In this document: positions 27,632 to 36,680 of the stretch, in pieces
Layout: every line of letters starts with the position of its first letter
How positions within the stretch are numbered: position 1 is the first letter of the stretch
Assembly (NCBI GenBank): GCA_964505265.1
Contig: CAZDGN010000001.1
Span: 22,767-86,766, forward strand
Length of the DNA: 64,000 nucleotides
Direction: 5' to 3'
Source of the DNA: an uncultured Rickettsia sp.
GTDB lineage: Bacteria; Pseudomonadota; Alphaproteobacteria; Rickettsiales; UBA1997
The notes under the pieces: generated by a model
What the model saw: the letters and a program-made list of their open reading frames with translations, nothing else
Database searches by the model: none
Told to the model about the DNA's origin: nothing
Made by a program: the position numbers and the translations under genes

Positions 27632-28498
27632 TTATGAAAATAATTTAAGGTTGCCACGAGGATTATCATTTTTATCAAAGGCTTTTAGCCCGATTAGATT
27701 GGCAAAACAGCCAAAGCAAAAAGCAAATTTGCCAATGGATTTTTCGATTTTGCCAATAGCAAAATAAAAAATTCCTTCAAAAAAATATTGCAAAACTAGC
27801 CTAATTGTTGCTCTTACAAAGTTAAATAAATTTTTTCTTTTTCTACGATATTTGCTTTTCGACCAACCTAGGTGCCAAAATCTTCGATAAATAGTTTTTA
27901 AAGTTTTTTTACTAGAATTTTCGCCGAGATGAATGGCAAAACTATTATGAAAAATTGCGTTTTGAAATCCTAAATTAATAGCGCGGTCGCAAAGGTCAGA
28001 ATCTTCGGTGAACATAAAAAAATCTTCGTCAAATAAACCAATTTTTTGCAAATTTTTCATGTTAATAAACATTATGCCACCAACGATAAAATGTTGATAA
28101 GTAATTTGAATTTCGCTCGAAGTTTTGGCTTCATCAAAATTATGAGTATCAAGGGTTTTTGGGGAGGCCAAGGCAATTTCGGGATTATTTTCAAATTGCA
28201 AAATGGCATTTTCTAAATCTTGATCACGAATTAAAACATCTGGATTAAGAATTAAGGCGAAGGGCGTTTTACATTGCCTTAAAGCGATATTATTTGCTCT
28301 GCCAAAACCTAAATTTTTTTCTTGAGCTAGAATTTTTACACTGGAAAATTCTTCGGCAATTATTTTAGTGGTGTTATCGCTAGAATTATTATCTACAACA
28401 ACTACCTCATAATCATTAACATTAAATGATGATAAACAGTTTCGAATTATATGTTCGCTGTTAAAAGTAACGATAATAATTGTAAGTTTTTTAGTCAT
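27632..28498 (-). CDS. GT2 glycosyltransferase (rhamnosyltransferase-like), tandem paralog 1
   Basis: LTIIIVTFNSEHIIRNCLSS...VVVVDNNSSDNT...GFGRANNIAL, DSDLCDR. The tail shared with its neighbour is GLKAFDKNDNPRG. Confidence 0.8.
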   Translation of the reverse strand: MTKKLTIIIVTFNSEHIIRNCLSSFNVNDYEVVVVDNNSSDNTTKIIAEEFSSVKILAQEKNLGFGRANNIALRQCKTPFALILNPDVLIRDQDLENAILQFENNPEIALASPKTLDTHNFDEAKTSSEIQITYQHFIVGGIMFINMKNLQKIGLFDEDFFMFTEDSDLCDRAINLGFQNAIFHNSFAIHLGENSSKKTLKTIYRRFWHLGWSKSKYRRKRKNLFNFVRATIRLVLQYFFEGIFYFAIGKIEKSIGKFAFCFGCFANLIGLKAFDKNDNPRGNLKLFS

Positions 28499-29392
28499 TT
28501 ACCCTCGCGGATTATCATTTTTATCAAAAGCTTTTAAACCAATTAAATAAGATATAGTTCCAACTATTGACGCGATTTTACTAATAATTTTTTCGGGCTT
28601 CCAAATAAAAATGTAAAATAAGGTTTGCAAAGTAAAGGAAATAACCAATTTAAATGCCGAAAAATGCGCATTAGTTGGCCCTTTGATCTTTTCTTTCCAA
28701 TGGAATTTTGACCAAGATCGATGCCAAAATCTTCGATATAAATTGCGATAATTTTTGCCACTTGACCCTTGTCCAATATGGTAAGCAAAGGCTTCGGTAT
28801 TGATTGCACAAATTTTGTTATTGGCAATTACGCGGTGGCAAATTTCATCATCTTCGTAATATAAAAAAATTTCTTCATCGTAAAATCCAACTTCTTTAAA
28901 AAAGCTCATTCGCAAAATTAAACATGCACCAATTATATATTTTACTGATACGAAACCATTTTCTTGGCTTCGCAAATTTTTTTTAACTACCTTGATTTCT
29001 TCATCAAAATCTTTTTGCTCAAAAGGATATTTTTTTAGTAAAATGGGAGCAGAAATTGCAATTTCTGGATTTTGATTTAAAGTTTGTAAAATAAGTTCGA
29101 TATCCTTAGAAAAAATAAAGGCATCAGGGTTGAGAATCATGGCAAACTCTGTTTCAACAAGTCTTAAGGCACAATTATTTCCTCGTCCATAGCCTAGATT
29201 TTTTTGATTTTTAATAATGGTGATTTTATTTGAAAAATTTTCTTCAATAATTTTTAAGGTGTCATCTTTGCTGTTATTATCAACTACAAAAACCGTATAT
29301 AAATCTAGGTCAATTTTATTTAGGCATTGTAAAATTACTTTTGAGCTATTGAAGGTTGTGATAATTATGGAGAGTTTTGGATTTAAAGACAT
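28499..29392 (-). CDS. GT2 glycosyltransferase (rhamnosyltransferase-like), tandem paralog 2
   Basis: LSIIITTFNSSKVILQCLNK...VFVVDNNSKDDT...GYGRGNNCAL, EDDEICHR. It ends in GLKAFDKNDNPRG and abuts the next gene with zero spacing. Confidence 0.8.
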   Translation of the reverse strand: MSLNPKLSIIITTFNSSKVILQCLNKIDLDLYTVFVVDNNSKDDTLKIIEENFSNKITIIKNQKNLGYGRGNNCALRLVETEFAMILNPDAFIFSKDIELILQTLNQNPEIAISAPILLKKYPFEQKDFDEEIKVVKKNLRSQENGFVSVKYIIGACLILRMSFFKEVGFYDEEIFLYYEDDEICHRVIANNKICAINTEAFAYHIGQGSSGKNYRNLYRRFWHRSWSKFHWKEKIKGPTNAHFSAFKLVISFTLQTLFYIFIWKPEKIISKIASIVGTISYLIGLKAFDKNDNPRG

Positions 29393-29393
29393 T

Positions 29394-30287
29394 TTAAATA
29401 TCGTGAGAAAAAATTGTTTCTAAATATTTGCGATAATCGGAATTTTTTTTGTAATTTTCGGTAAGTTTTAAAACTTGCTCTTTATTGATAAATCCCCGTT
29501 TAAAGGCAATTTCTTCAAGGCAGGCAATTTTTAAACCTTGGCGCTTTTCAATAGTTTGAATAAATTTTGCCGAGTCAAGAAGTGAGTCAGGGGTGCCGGC
29601 ATCAAGCCATGCAAACCCTTGTCCAAGTTTGATTACCCCTAATTTTCCTTGTGTTAAATAAACCTTGTTGACATCGGTAATTTCTAGCTCACCTCGGGCT
29701 GAAGGCTTTAGGTTTTTAGCAATCTTTACTACCTCATTATTGTAAATATAAAATCCAGTTACTGCCCAATTTGATTTTGGATAAGTGGGTTTTTCCTCAA
29801 TTGATATTGCCAAATTTTTACTTGAGTCAAGCTCTACAACGCCATATCTTTCAGGGTCAGAGACTTGATAAGCAAAAATATAGGCATCAGTTTTTTTCTC
29901 TTCTAAAGCATTTAAATAATGTTGAAAATTTTCAGAATTAAAATCTGATCCATAAAAAATATTATCACCCAAAATTAAACAAACATTATCATTGCCAATA
30001 AAATTTTCGCCAACAATAAATGCCTCGGCAATGCCTTTTGGTTGGTGTTGAATGGCATAAGAAAGTTTTATGCCAAATTTTTTGCCATTACCTAAGAATT
30101 TTTCAATATTTCCAGTGTCTTCTGGGGTTGAAATAATTAAAATCTCGGTAATTCCGATATTCATTAATGTTGCCAGCGGATAACAAATCATCGGCTTATC
30201 ATAAACTGGTAATAGTTGCTTAGAAATAATTTGAGTTAATGGCGCCAAGCGAGTTCCACTGCCACCAGCAAGAATAATCCCTTTCAT
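29394..30287 (-). CDS. rfbA: Glucose-1-phosphate thymidylyltransferase
   Basis: [18 protein letters not shown]...[17 protein letters not shown] and LGDNIFYG are classic RmlA blocks. 297 aa. Confidence 0.92.
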   Translation of the reverse strand: MKGIILAGGSGTRLAPLTQIISKQLLPVYDKPMICYPLATLMNIGITEILIISTPEDTGNIEKFLGNGKKFGIKLSYAIQHQPKGIAEAFIVGENFIGNDNVCLILGDNIFYGSDFNSENFQHYLNALEEKKTDAYIFAYQVSDPERYGVVELDSSKNLAISIEEKPTYPKSNWAVTGFYIYNNEVVKIAKNLKPSARGELEITDVNKVYLTQGKLGVIKLGQGFAWLDAGTPDSLLDSAKFIQTIEKRQGLKIACLEEIAFKRGFINKEQVLKLTENYKKNSDYRKYLETIFSHDI

Positions 30288-30426
30288 ATTTAGTAGGTTA
30301 AATTAAAATTAATAGGATATTTTAAAGTGCCATCAATAAAAATCAAATCCAAAAATTTCAAATATTTATTTGTAATTTTTAAATTTTTTTATATGATTTT
30401 AATGGTAATTAACAAATTTATATAAA

Positions 30427-31086
30427 ATGATTTCAAATAATTCTAATACTCAAATTGTTATTGCTATTGATGGTCCATCGGCTTCTGGAAAAGGGACTGT
30501 TGCCAAGAAAATCGCTGATCATTTTAATATTGCCTATCTTAATACTGGAGCCTTATATCGGGCGGTTGCCCTACAAATGCAAGAAAAGCAAATTGCTGTT
30601 GAAGATCTAGATAAATTTTTGCCAGAAATAGCCTTAAAATTGCAATATAAAGATTTGGAAAATCCAAAATTATTTCTTGAAAATTGTGGGCAGTTGGCAT
30701 CGAAAATTGCTCAAAATCCGCGTTTAAGAAATGATTTACTGATTTATCAAAAAAATTTTGTTAAACAAAACTCTTTGGGTTGTGTTCTTGATGGTCGAGA
30801 CACCACAACGGTAATTTGCCCAGAAGCTGACTTTAAATTTTTTATCACCGCAGATGTTGAAATCCGTGCCAAAAGACGCTATTTGCAACTTAAAGACAGC
30901 TCTCCATTAATCGATTATTCACAAATTTTGCAACAATTAAAAGAGCGTGATGCTAATGATTTGAATCGAAAGTTTTCTCCTTTAAAAATTGCCGACGATG
31001 CAATATTTATTGATAATGGAGACCTTACAATTGTCCAAACTTTTGACATAATTTTAAAACATATTAATCTAAAAATTTCTAAATAA
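30427..31086 (+). CDS. cmk: Cytidylate kinase
   Basis: IAIDGPSASGKGTVAKKIA (P-loop), YLNTGALYRAVA, and DGRDTTTVI are Cmk blocks. Confidence 0.9.
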   Translation: MISNNSNTQIVIAIDGPSASGKGTVAKKIADHFNIAYLNTGALYRAVALQMQEKQIAVEDLDKFLPEIALKLQYKDLENPKLFLENCGQLASKIAQNPRLRNDLLIYQKNFVKQNSLGCVLDGRDTTTVICPEADFKFFITADVEIRAKRRYLQLKDSSPLIDYSQILQQLKERDANDLNRKFSPLKIADDAIFIDNGDLTIVQTFDIILKHINLKISK

Positions 31087-32633
31087 TGCCTAATTTACAA
31101 AAAATTTCTCGTTGCTTAATATCGGTTTCTAACAAAGAATCGGTGGTGGATTTAGCAAATTTTTTACACCAAAATAATATCGAAATAATTTCTACTGGAG
31201 GCACTTATAATTTGCTTAAGCAAAATAATATACCGGCAATAGAAGTTTCTCAATTTACCAATTTTCCTGAAATTATGGAAGGTCGCTTGAAAACTCTTCA
31301 CCCCAAGGTTCATGGGGCTTTACTTGCTATTAATAATAGCGAATTGCATCAAAATCAAGCCAAAGAAAACGATATTTCTTCAATCGATTTATTAATCGTC
31401 AACCTATATCCATTTCAAGAAACTGTAGCCAGCACCTTAGACGAAGAAAAAATCATTGAAAATATTGATATTGGTGGTCCTGCTATGGTGCGCTCCGCTG
31501 GTAAAAATTTTGCCTTTAAAACCGTAATTACTTCACCCAGTAACTACAGCGATTTAATCGCCGAGCTCAAGCAAAATCAAAATCAAACTTCATTTGAATT
31601 TCGAAAAAAAATGGCTTCAATTGCCTTCAAAAATATTGCTGATTATGATTTGGCAATTGCCAATTGGTTCAATCAAGATAATTTTTCATTAGTTGGAAGT
31701 TTGAAACAAAAATTGCGTTATGGTGAAAATTCTCACCAATTTGCTGAGATCTACAAGCTGGATAATATTGATTTTGGTATTGTAAATTCAATTCAAATTC
31801 AAGGTAAAGAATTGAGCTATAATAACTATAATGATGCCGAAAGCGCTTTAGCATTGATTCTTGAATTTAGTCAGCCTTCATCGGCAATCATTAAACATGG
31901 CAACCCTTGCGGAGTGGCTTCTTCTTCTAATATCATTGATGCTTATAAAAAATCACTTGCCTGTGATCCAAAAAGTGCCTTTGGTGGAATTGTTGCTATA
32001 AATCAAGAAATTAATGATGAAATCGCCAACGAACTGGCAAAAATGTTTTATGAAGTCATCATTGCTCCAAGTATTACCAATAGCGCCCGCGAAATTTTAT
32101 CAAGTAAAAAAAACTTACGAGTTTTGATTTCGAAATATCAAAAAAACACTCATCGTCAAGTCAAAACTATTTCTGGAGGGTTCTTGGTTCAGGATCAAGA
32201 CCATATTGATTTTAGCGTAAATGATATAAGATTGGTTTCAAAAAAAGCCATTAATGATTATGAAATGGAGCAATTGATTTTTGCCATGAGAGTTTGTAAG
32301 CATGTGAAATCTAATGCGGTTGTAGTCGTTAAAAATCTACAAACATTTGGGCTTGGAGTTGGTCAAACTAGTAGGGTTGACTCCACGGAAATTGCGTGCA
32401 AAAAAGCTCAAAATTATTTTGACGGCGAAAAAATTATTGATAATGCTAAAGGCTCTTATTTAGCTTCCGACGCGTTTTTTCCATTTGCTGATAATATTGA
32501 AATTGCTCACAAATATGGTATTAAAGCAATAATTGCTCCAGCTGGCTCAATGCGCGATGGCGAAGTTATTGATAAGGCTGATGAACTTGGTATCGCCTTA
32601 TATTTTATTACTTCAAGACATTTTAAACATTAA
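31086..32633 (+). CDS. purH: Bifunctional AICAR transformylase / IMP cyclohydrolase
   Basis: ALISVSNK-type MGS domain (CLISVSNKESVVDLA), GRLKTLHPKVHGALLA, LYPF, NIDIGGPAMVRSAGKNF, HGNPCG, FFPFADNIE. TAATG junction with cmk. Confidence 0.92.
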   Translation: MPNLQKISRCLISVSNKESVVDLANFLHQNNIEIISTGGTYNLLKQNNIPAIEVSQFTNFPEIMEGRLKTLHPKVHGALLAINNSELHQNQAKENDISSIDLLIVNLYPFQETVASTLDEEKIIENIDIGGPAMVRSAGKNFAFKTVITSPSNYSDLIAELKQNQNQTSFEFRKKMASIAFKNIADYDLAIANWFNQDNFSLVGSLKQKLRYGENSHQFAEIYKLDNIDFGIVNSIQIQGKELSYNNYNDAESALALILEFSQPSSAIIKHGNPCGVASSSNIIDAYKKSLACDPKSAFGGIVAINQEINDEIANELAKMFYEVIIAPSITNSAREILSSKKNLRVLISKYQKNTHRQVKTISGGFLVQDQDHIDFSVNDIRLVSKKAINDYEMEQLIFAMRVCKHVKSNAVVVVKNLQTFGLGVGQTSRVDSTEIACKKAQNYFDGEKIIDNAKGSYLASDAFFPFADNIEIAHKYGIKAIIAPAGSMRDGEVIDKADELGIALYFITSRHFKH

Positions 32634-32643
32634 TTTTTTACAA

Positions 32644-34437
32644 ATGACCTCAAAAAAAAATTCCAATCTCGAAGTCTTACCAACTTGGGATTTATCTGAT
32701 TTATATAGCTCAATTTCTGATAAGAAAATCAATGCTGATTTAAAAAAAATTGCTAAAAATTGCGATGATTTTGTTGAAAACTATCAAAATAAAATTGACA
32801 AAATTTCTGCGAAAGATTTGTTGCAAACAATCAAAAATTACGAAGAAATTTCAGCACAAATTGGTAAAATATCAACTTTTGCATATCTGCTTTATTCAAG
32901 CGATTTATCTAATCAAGATAACATTAATTTTTATCAAAATACTTCGGAAAAAATCAATAATTTAGAAAATAAAATTTTATTTTTTTGTCTTGAATTAAAT
33001 GAATTATCAAATAAAAAATTTGATGAATTATTTGCCGACAAATCCTTAAAATTTTATCAACCTTTTTTGCGAGATTTGCGAGTTTTTAAACCTTATCAAC
33101 TTTCTAAAGAACTTGAAAAATTTGCCCTTGAAAAAGATATAACCTCGCGCTCGGCCTTTGTTCGACTCTTTGATGAAACCATCAATAATTTAAAATTTTC
33201 CTACAAAAAAAAATCATTAAATTCGCAAGAAATTTTTGATTTATTATCAAATTCTGACCGAAAAATTCGTCAAAATGCAGGACAATCAATTATCGAAACT
33301 TTTGGCAATAATGCAAAATTATTTGCTTTTATTACCAATATTTTGGCCAAAGATAAAGCCATAATTGACCAATATCGAGGCTTTAAAAATCCGATTTCGC
33401 CACGAAATTTAACTAATTTTGTTGAAGATGAAATTGTTGAAACCTTAATTGAAAGTGTGAAGGCAAATTATTCTAAAATTTCACACAAATATTACCATTT
33501 AAAAGCAAAAATTTTAGATTTACCAAAACTTGATTTTTATGATCGCGGTGCTCCACTTTTTGCCAAAGATAACGACAAGATTTCATGGCAAGAAGCGAAA
33601 AATTTGGTGCTTGAAGCCTATCAAGAATTTAACCCGCAAATGGCACAAATTGCCCAAAAATTTTTTGATAATAATTGGATTGATGCCAAAGTTGTTGCTG
33701 GTAAAGACTCGGGGGCATATTCGCATCCCTGTGTTCCAGATGTTCACCCTTATATTTTAATGAATTTTCAAGGGAAAATTCGCGATGTTATGACCCTTGC
33801 TCATGAACTTGGGCACGGTATTCATCAATATTTGGCAAGAAAGCAAGGATATTTAATGGCTCAAACCCCATTAACATTAGCGGAAACTGCTTCGGTTTTT
33901 GGAGAGCAATTGGTCTTTCAAAAAATTTTAAATAATGAAAAAAACCCGCAAAAAAAACGCATAATTATTGCCAATAAAATTGAAGATATGATTAATACGG
34001 TGGTTCGTCAAATCGCTTTTTTAGATTTTGAAAGCAAAATACATAATACTCGCAAAAAATATGAATTACCCCTTGATGAAATCAATAATTATTGGCTTGA
34101 GGTGCAAAAAGAAAGCTTGGGTTCAGCTTTTAATTTTGATGATGGTTATAAATATTTTTGGTGTTATATTCCGCATTTTATTCATTCACCATTTTATGTT
34201 TATTCTTATGCCTTTGGTGATTGCTTGGTAAATTCATTATATGGAATTTATCAACAAAATAAAATTAAGGACTTCGATAAAAAATATTTACAAATGCTTG
34301 AACTCGGAGGAACTAAGCATCACAAAGCAATGCTTGAGCCATTTGGTTTGGACATTTCTAAAGCTGATTTTTGGCAATCGGGTTTAAATGTGATTATTGA
34401 TTATATTGATCAATTAGATGCCCTTCTTAAAGATTAG
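32644..34437 (+). CDS. pepF: Oligoendopeptidase F (M3B family)
   Basis: Zinc motif TLAHELGHGIH plus downstream ETAS. WDLSDLY near the N-terminus is typical of PepF. I set the start at the ATG at 32644 (MTSKKNS), just after the purH stop. The 37-codon extension in the ORF track overlaps purH. Confidence 0.85.
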   Translation: MTSKKNSNLEVLPTWDLSDLYSSISDKKINADLKKIAKNCDDFVENYQNKIDKISAKDLLQTIKNYEEISAQIGKISTFAYLLYSSDLSNQDNINFYQNTSEKINNLENKILFFCLELNELSNKKFDELFADKSLKFYQPFLRDLRVFKPYQLSKELEKFALEKDITSRSAFVRLFDETINNLKFSYKKKSLNSQEIFDLLSNSDRKIRQNAGQSIIETFGNNAKLFAFITNILAKDKAIIDQYRGFKNPISPRNLTNFVEDEIVETLIESVKANYSKISHKYYHLKAKILDLPKLDFYDRGAPLFAKDNDKISWQEAKNLVLEAYQEFNPQMAQIAQKFFDNNWIDAKVVAGKDSGAYSHPCVPDVHPYILMNFQGKIRDVMTLAHELGHGIHQYLARKQGYLMAQTPLTLAETASVFGEQLVFQKILNNEKNPQKKRIIIANKIEDMINTVVRQIAFLDFESKIHNTRKKYELPLDEINNYWLEVQKESLGSAFNFDDGYKYFWCYIPHFIHSPFYVYSYAFGDCLVNSLYGIYQQNKIKDFDKKYLQMLELGGTKHHKAMLEPFGLDISKADFWQSGLNVIIDYIDQLDALLKD

Positions 34438-34505
34438 TAGCGGGTTTTTTAAGGGGAAAAAAATATTTGCAATTGTTTTTTATATAATTAAAATCTTTGG
34501 CAAGA

Positions 34506-34530
34506 AAATTTTGATGTCTAATCAAAATTT
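34506..34530 (+). terminator. AT-only stem-loop downstream of pepF (possible terminator)
   Basis: aaattttgat (34506-34515) pairs perfectly with atcaaaattt (34521-34530). The loop is gtcta and a T-rich run follows. The stem is weak because it is all A/T. Confidence 0.25.
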
Positions 34531-34671
34531 CAATTTTAAATTCCACAAATATTAACATTTTGGTGTTTTTTTAATCTTGTCCAAGGCTTCTAGCAATGGA
34601 TCTTAAAAAATGTTTTTTAAGAATTAAATAAATTTCGTTGATATTTGGTAACAAACCAAATTTTTAAATAT

Positions 34672-35640
34672 ATGTCAAAACAAGAACTTCCGCAATTTAG
34701 CATCCGTCAACTTATTGAAGCTGGTTTTCACTTCGGTCACAAAACTATGCGCCGTAATCCAAAAATGGCAAAATATATTCACACTAGTAGAAATGGTGTG
34801 AGCATTATTGATCTTAACAAAACCGCTCAAATGCTTCACTCAAGCTTAAAAATTGTTAAAGAAATTGCCAAAAATAACGGCAGAATTTTATTTATTGCTA
34901 CTAAAAAACAAGCAATTGAACCTGTCGCCGATGCTGCCAAAAGATCTGGTCAATATTATGTTAATTTTCGTTGGTTAGGTGGAATGCTTACAAACTGGAA
35001 AACTGTTTCTCAATCAATCAAAACTCTCAAAAAAGTTGAAGAACAACTTGCTGATACCGAGGTTGGTTACAATAAAAAAGAAAAATTAAACCTTGAAAGA
35101 CAAAGATTAAAATTTGAGCATAACCTTGGTGGCATCAAAAATATGGGTGGATATCCAGATTTAGTTATTGTAATTGATACCAACAAAGAATCGTTAGCAA
35201 TTGCTGAAGCCAAAAAACTTAATGTTCCTATTATGGCATTAGTTGATACTAACTGCAATCCAGATGATATAACTTTTGTGGTTCCTGGCAATGATGATTC
35301 AGCTAAATCAATTAAATTATTTTGTCGTTTAATATCCGATGCAATTATCGCTGGAATTAAAGAAAATATGATTTCGCAAGGTCTTGATGTTAGTAAAATT
35401 GACAGTCAAGGTATTGTCAATAATTTACCTGAAAAAAAGTCAGAAAAAAAGGAAGATAAATTTGTTAAGTTTGACAAAAAAACTTCAAGAAAATCAGAAA
35501 ATAACGAGTCAGAATCTTCAGCTGACGAAGATAAAAAATCTCCAAAAAAATCAAAATTTTCTGACAAAAAACCAGAAAAAACTGAGGTAAAAGTTGTAAC
35601 TAAAAAACCATCTACTAAAAAAACCGAAGGTAAAAAATAA
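34672..35640 (+). CDS. rpsB: 30S ribosomal protein S2 with a Lys/Glu/Ser-rich C-terminal extension
   Basis: LIEAGFHFGHKT, WLGGMLTNW, VIDTNKESLAIAEAKKLNVPIMALVDTNCNPD. I set the start at the ATG at 34672 (MSKQEL). The TTG at 34645 in the ORF track adds 9 unlikely codons. Confidence 0.92.
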   Translation: MSKQELPQFSIRQLIEAGFHFGHKTMRRNPKMAKYIHTSRNGVSIIDLNKTAQMLHSSLKIVKEIAKNNGRILFIATKKQAIEPVADAAKRSGQYYVNFRWLGGMLTNWKTVSQSIKTLKKVEEQLADTEVGYNKKEKLNLERQRLKFEHNLGGIKNMGGYPDLVIVIDTNKESLAIAEAKKLNVPIMALVDTNCNPDDITFVVPGNDDSAKSIKLFCRLISDAIIAGIKENMISQGLDVSKIDSQGIVNNLPEKKSEKKEDKFVKFDKKTSRKSENNESESSADEDKKSPKKSKFSDKKPEKTEVKVVTKKPSTKKTEGKK

Positions 35641-35710
35641 TTTACCAATAATACCATTTTGATTTTATTATCGAAATGGCATATTTAATATTAATTTAAT
35701 TTTTTATAAA

Positions 35711-36601
35711 ATGGCAGATTTATCACTCATAAAAAAACTTCGTGAAGCCACTGGATGTGGAATCGCAGATTGCAATAAAGCACTTGCTGAAAATAAAGAT
35801 GATTTTGAAAAATCAGTTGATTGGCTTCGAAAAAAAGGTTTGGCATCAGCCTCAAAAAAAGCTGGCAGAGTTGCTTCGGAAGGATTGGTTGCGGTTGCTA
35901 TTGATGGCAATATTGGTTCCATCATCGAAGTTAATTCCGAGACTGATTTTGTTGCTCGTAATGAAAAGTTCCAAGATTTCGTTTCCAAAGTTTCTAAAGA
36001 AGCAATTAAATATGGCAATGACATTGCCAAATTTCAAGCTGACAAAGACGAAGAAGTTAAGTCGCAAATTGGTGTTATTGGAGAAAATATTAATATCCGC
36101 CGTATTGATTCCCTAAAAGTCAATAAGGGTCAAATCGTTAGTTATATCCACAATGTTGTGGCCAATCAAATGGGTAAAATCGCGGTTTTGGTAGCTTTTG
36201 AGTCTGTGGCTTCTGCGGATAAACTTACCGAAATTGGCAAACAAATTGCTATGCATATTGCCGCTGCTAAACCTGATGCTTTAAATGTCGAAGCAGTTGA
36301 TCCAGCTAAATTAGCTCGCGAAACTGATGTTTTAAAAGAGCAAGCCAGAGCTTCGGGCAAGCCTGAAAATATCATCGAAAAAATGATGGAAGGGAGAATT
36401 CGTAAATATTACGAAGAGGTAGTTTTGCTTGAGCAAGCCTTTGTAATGGACGATAAAGTCAAAATCAAAGATTTAGTTGCTAATTTTGCCAAAGCAAATG
36501 GTGAAACAAAAATTTCTGGCTTTAAATTATACATTTTAGGCGAAGGTCTTGAAAAAAAGGAAAATAATTTTGCCGAAGAAGTTGCTTCAATGCAAAAATA
36601 A
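35711..36601 (+). CDS. tsf: Elongation factor Ts
   Basis: IKKLREATGCGIADCNKALAE (UBA-like N-domain), GRVASEGLV, IEVNSETDFVARNEKF, MHIAA. 296 aa, immediately after rpsB as in most bacteria. Confidence 0.92.
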   Translation: MADLSLIKKLREATGCGIADCNKALAENKDDFEKSVDWLRKKGLASASKKAGRVASEGLVAVAIDGNIGSIIEVNSETDFVARNEKFQDFVSKVSKEAIKYGNDIAKFQADKDEEVKSQIGVIGENINIRRIDSLKVNKGQIVSYIHNVVANQMGKIAVLVAFESVASADKLTEIGKQIAMHIAAAKPDALNVEAVDPAKLARETDVLKEQARASGKPENIIEKMMEGRIRKYYEEVVLLEQAFVMDDKVKIKDLVANFAKANGETKISGFKLYILGEGLEKKENNFAEEVASMQK

Positions 36602-36635
36602 TTTTAGAAAAACGCTTTTAAATTTTTTTCTAAAA
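36602..36635 (+). terminator. AT-only 11-bp stem-loop directly after the tsf stop codon
   Basis: ttttagaaaaa (36602-36612) is the exact reverse complement of tttttctaaaa (36625-36635), with a 12-nt loop. Confidence 0.3.
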
Positions 36636-36641
36636 ATTAGT

Positions 36642-36680
36642 GGTGTCATCACCCTCCCGCGAGGGGAGGGTGATAATACC
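36642..36680. terminator. GC-rich palindromic hairpin between convergent tsf and sppA (possible bidirectional terminator or REP-like element)
   Basis: atcaccctccc (36648-36658) and gggagggtgat (36664-36674) form a perfect 11-bp stem with loop gcgag. The stem extends to 17 positions (36642-36658 / 36664-36680) with 2 mismatches. It stands out against the AT-rich background. Confidence 0.4.

Noticed and set aside
1-30426. The island as a classical mobile genomic island or integrative element.
   Set aside because: There is no integrase, transposase, tRNA attachment site, flanking direct repeat or conjugation or phage gene visible. Turnover by homologous recombination is the more economical reading.
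32533-32643. The 37-codon N-terminal extension of pepF in the ORF track, which overlaps the end of purH.
   Set aside because: The extension has no PepF similarity. The ATG at 32644 sits 8 nt after the purH stop and gives the expected WDLSDLY-proximal N-terminus.
34645-34671. The TTG-initiated 9-codon extension of rpsB, and the analogous 12-codon extension of rfbC (2120-2155).
   Set aside because: Internal ATGs at 34672 and 2119 give N-termini matching the families and remove the overlap with upstream genes.
35704-36375. Four overlapping ORFs within tsf (35704-36030 minus, 35742-36116 plus, 35852-36067 minus, 36166-36375 minus), plus those inside rpsB (35067-35291, 35384-35590, 35406-35657).
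   Set aside because: EF-Ts and S2 are unambiguous. The extra ORFs are alternate-frame artefacts of lysine- and glutamate-rich coding sequence.
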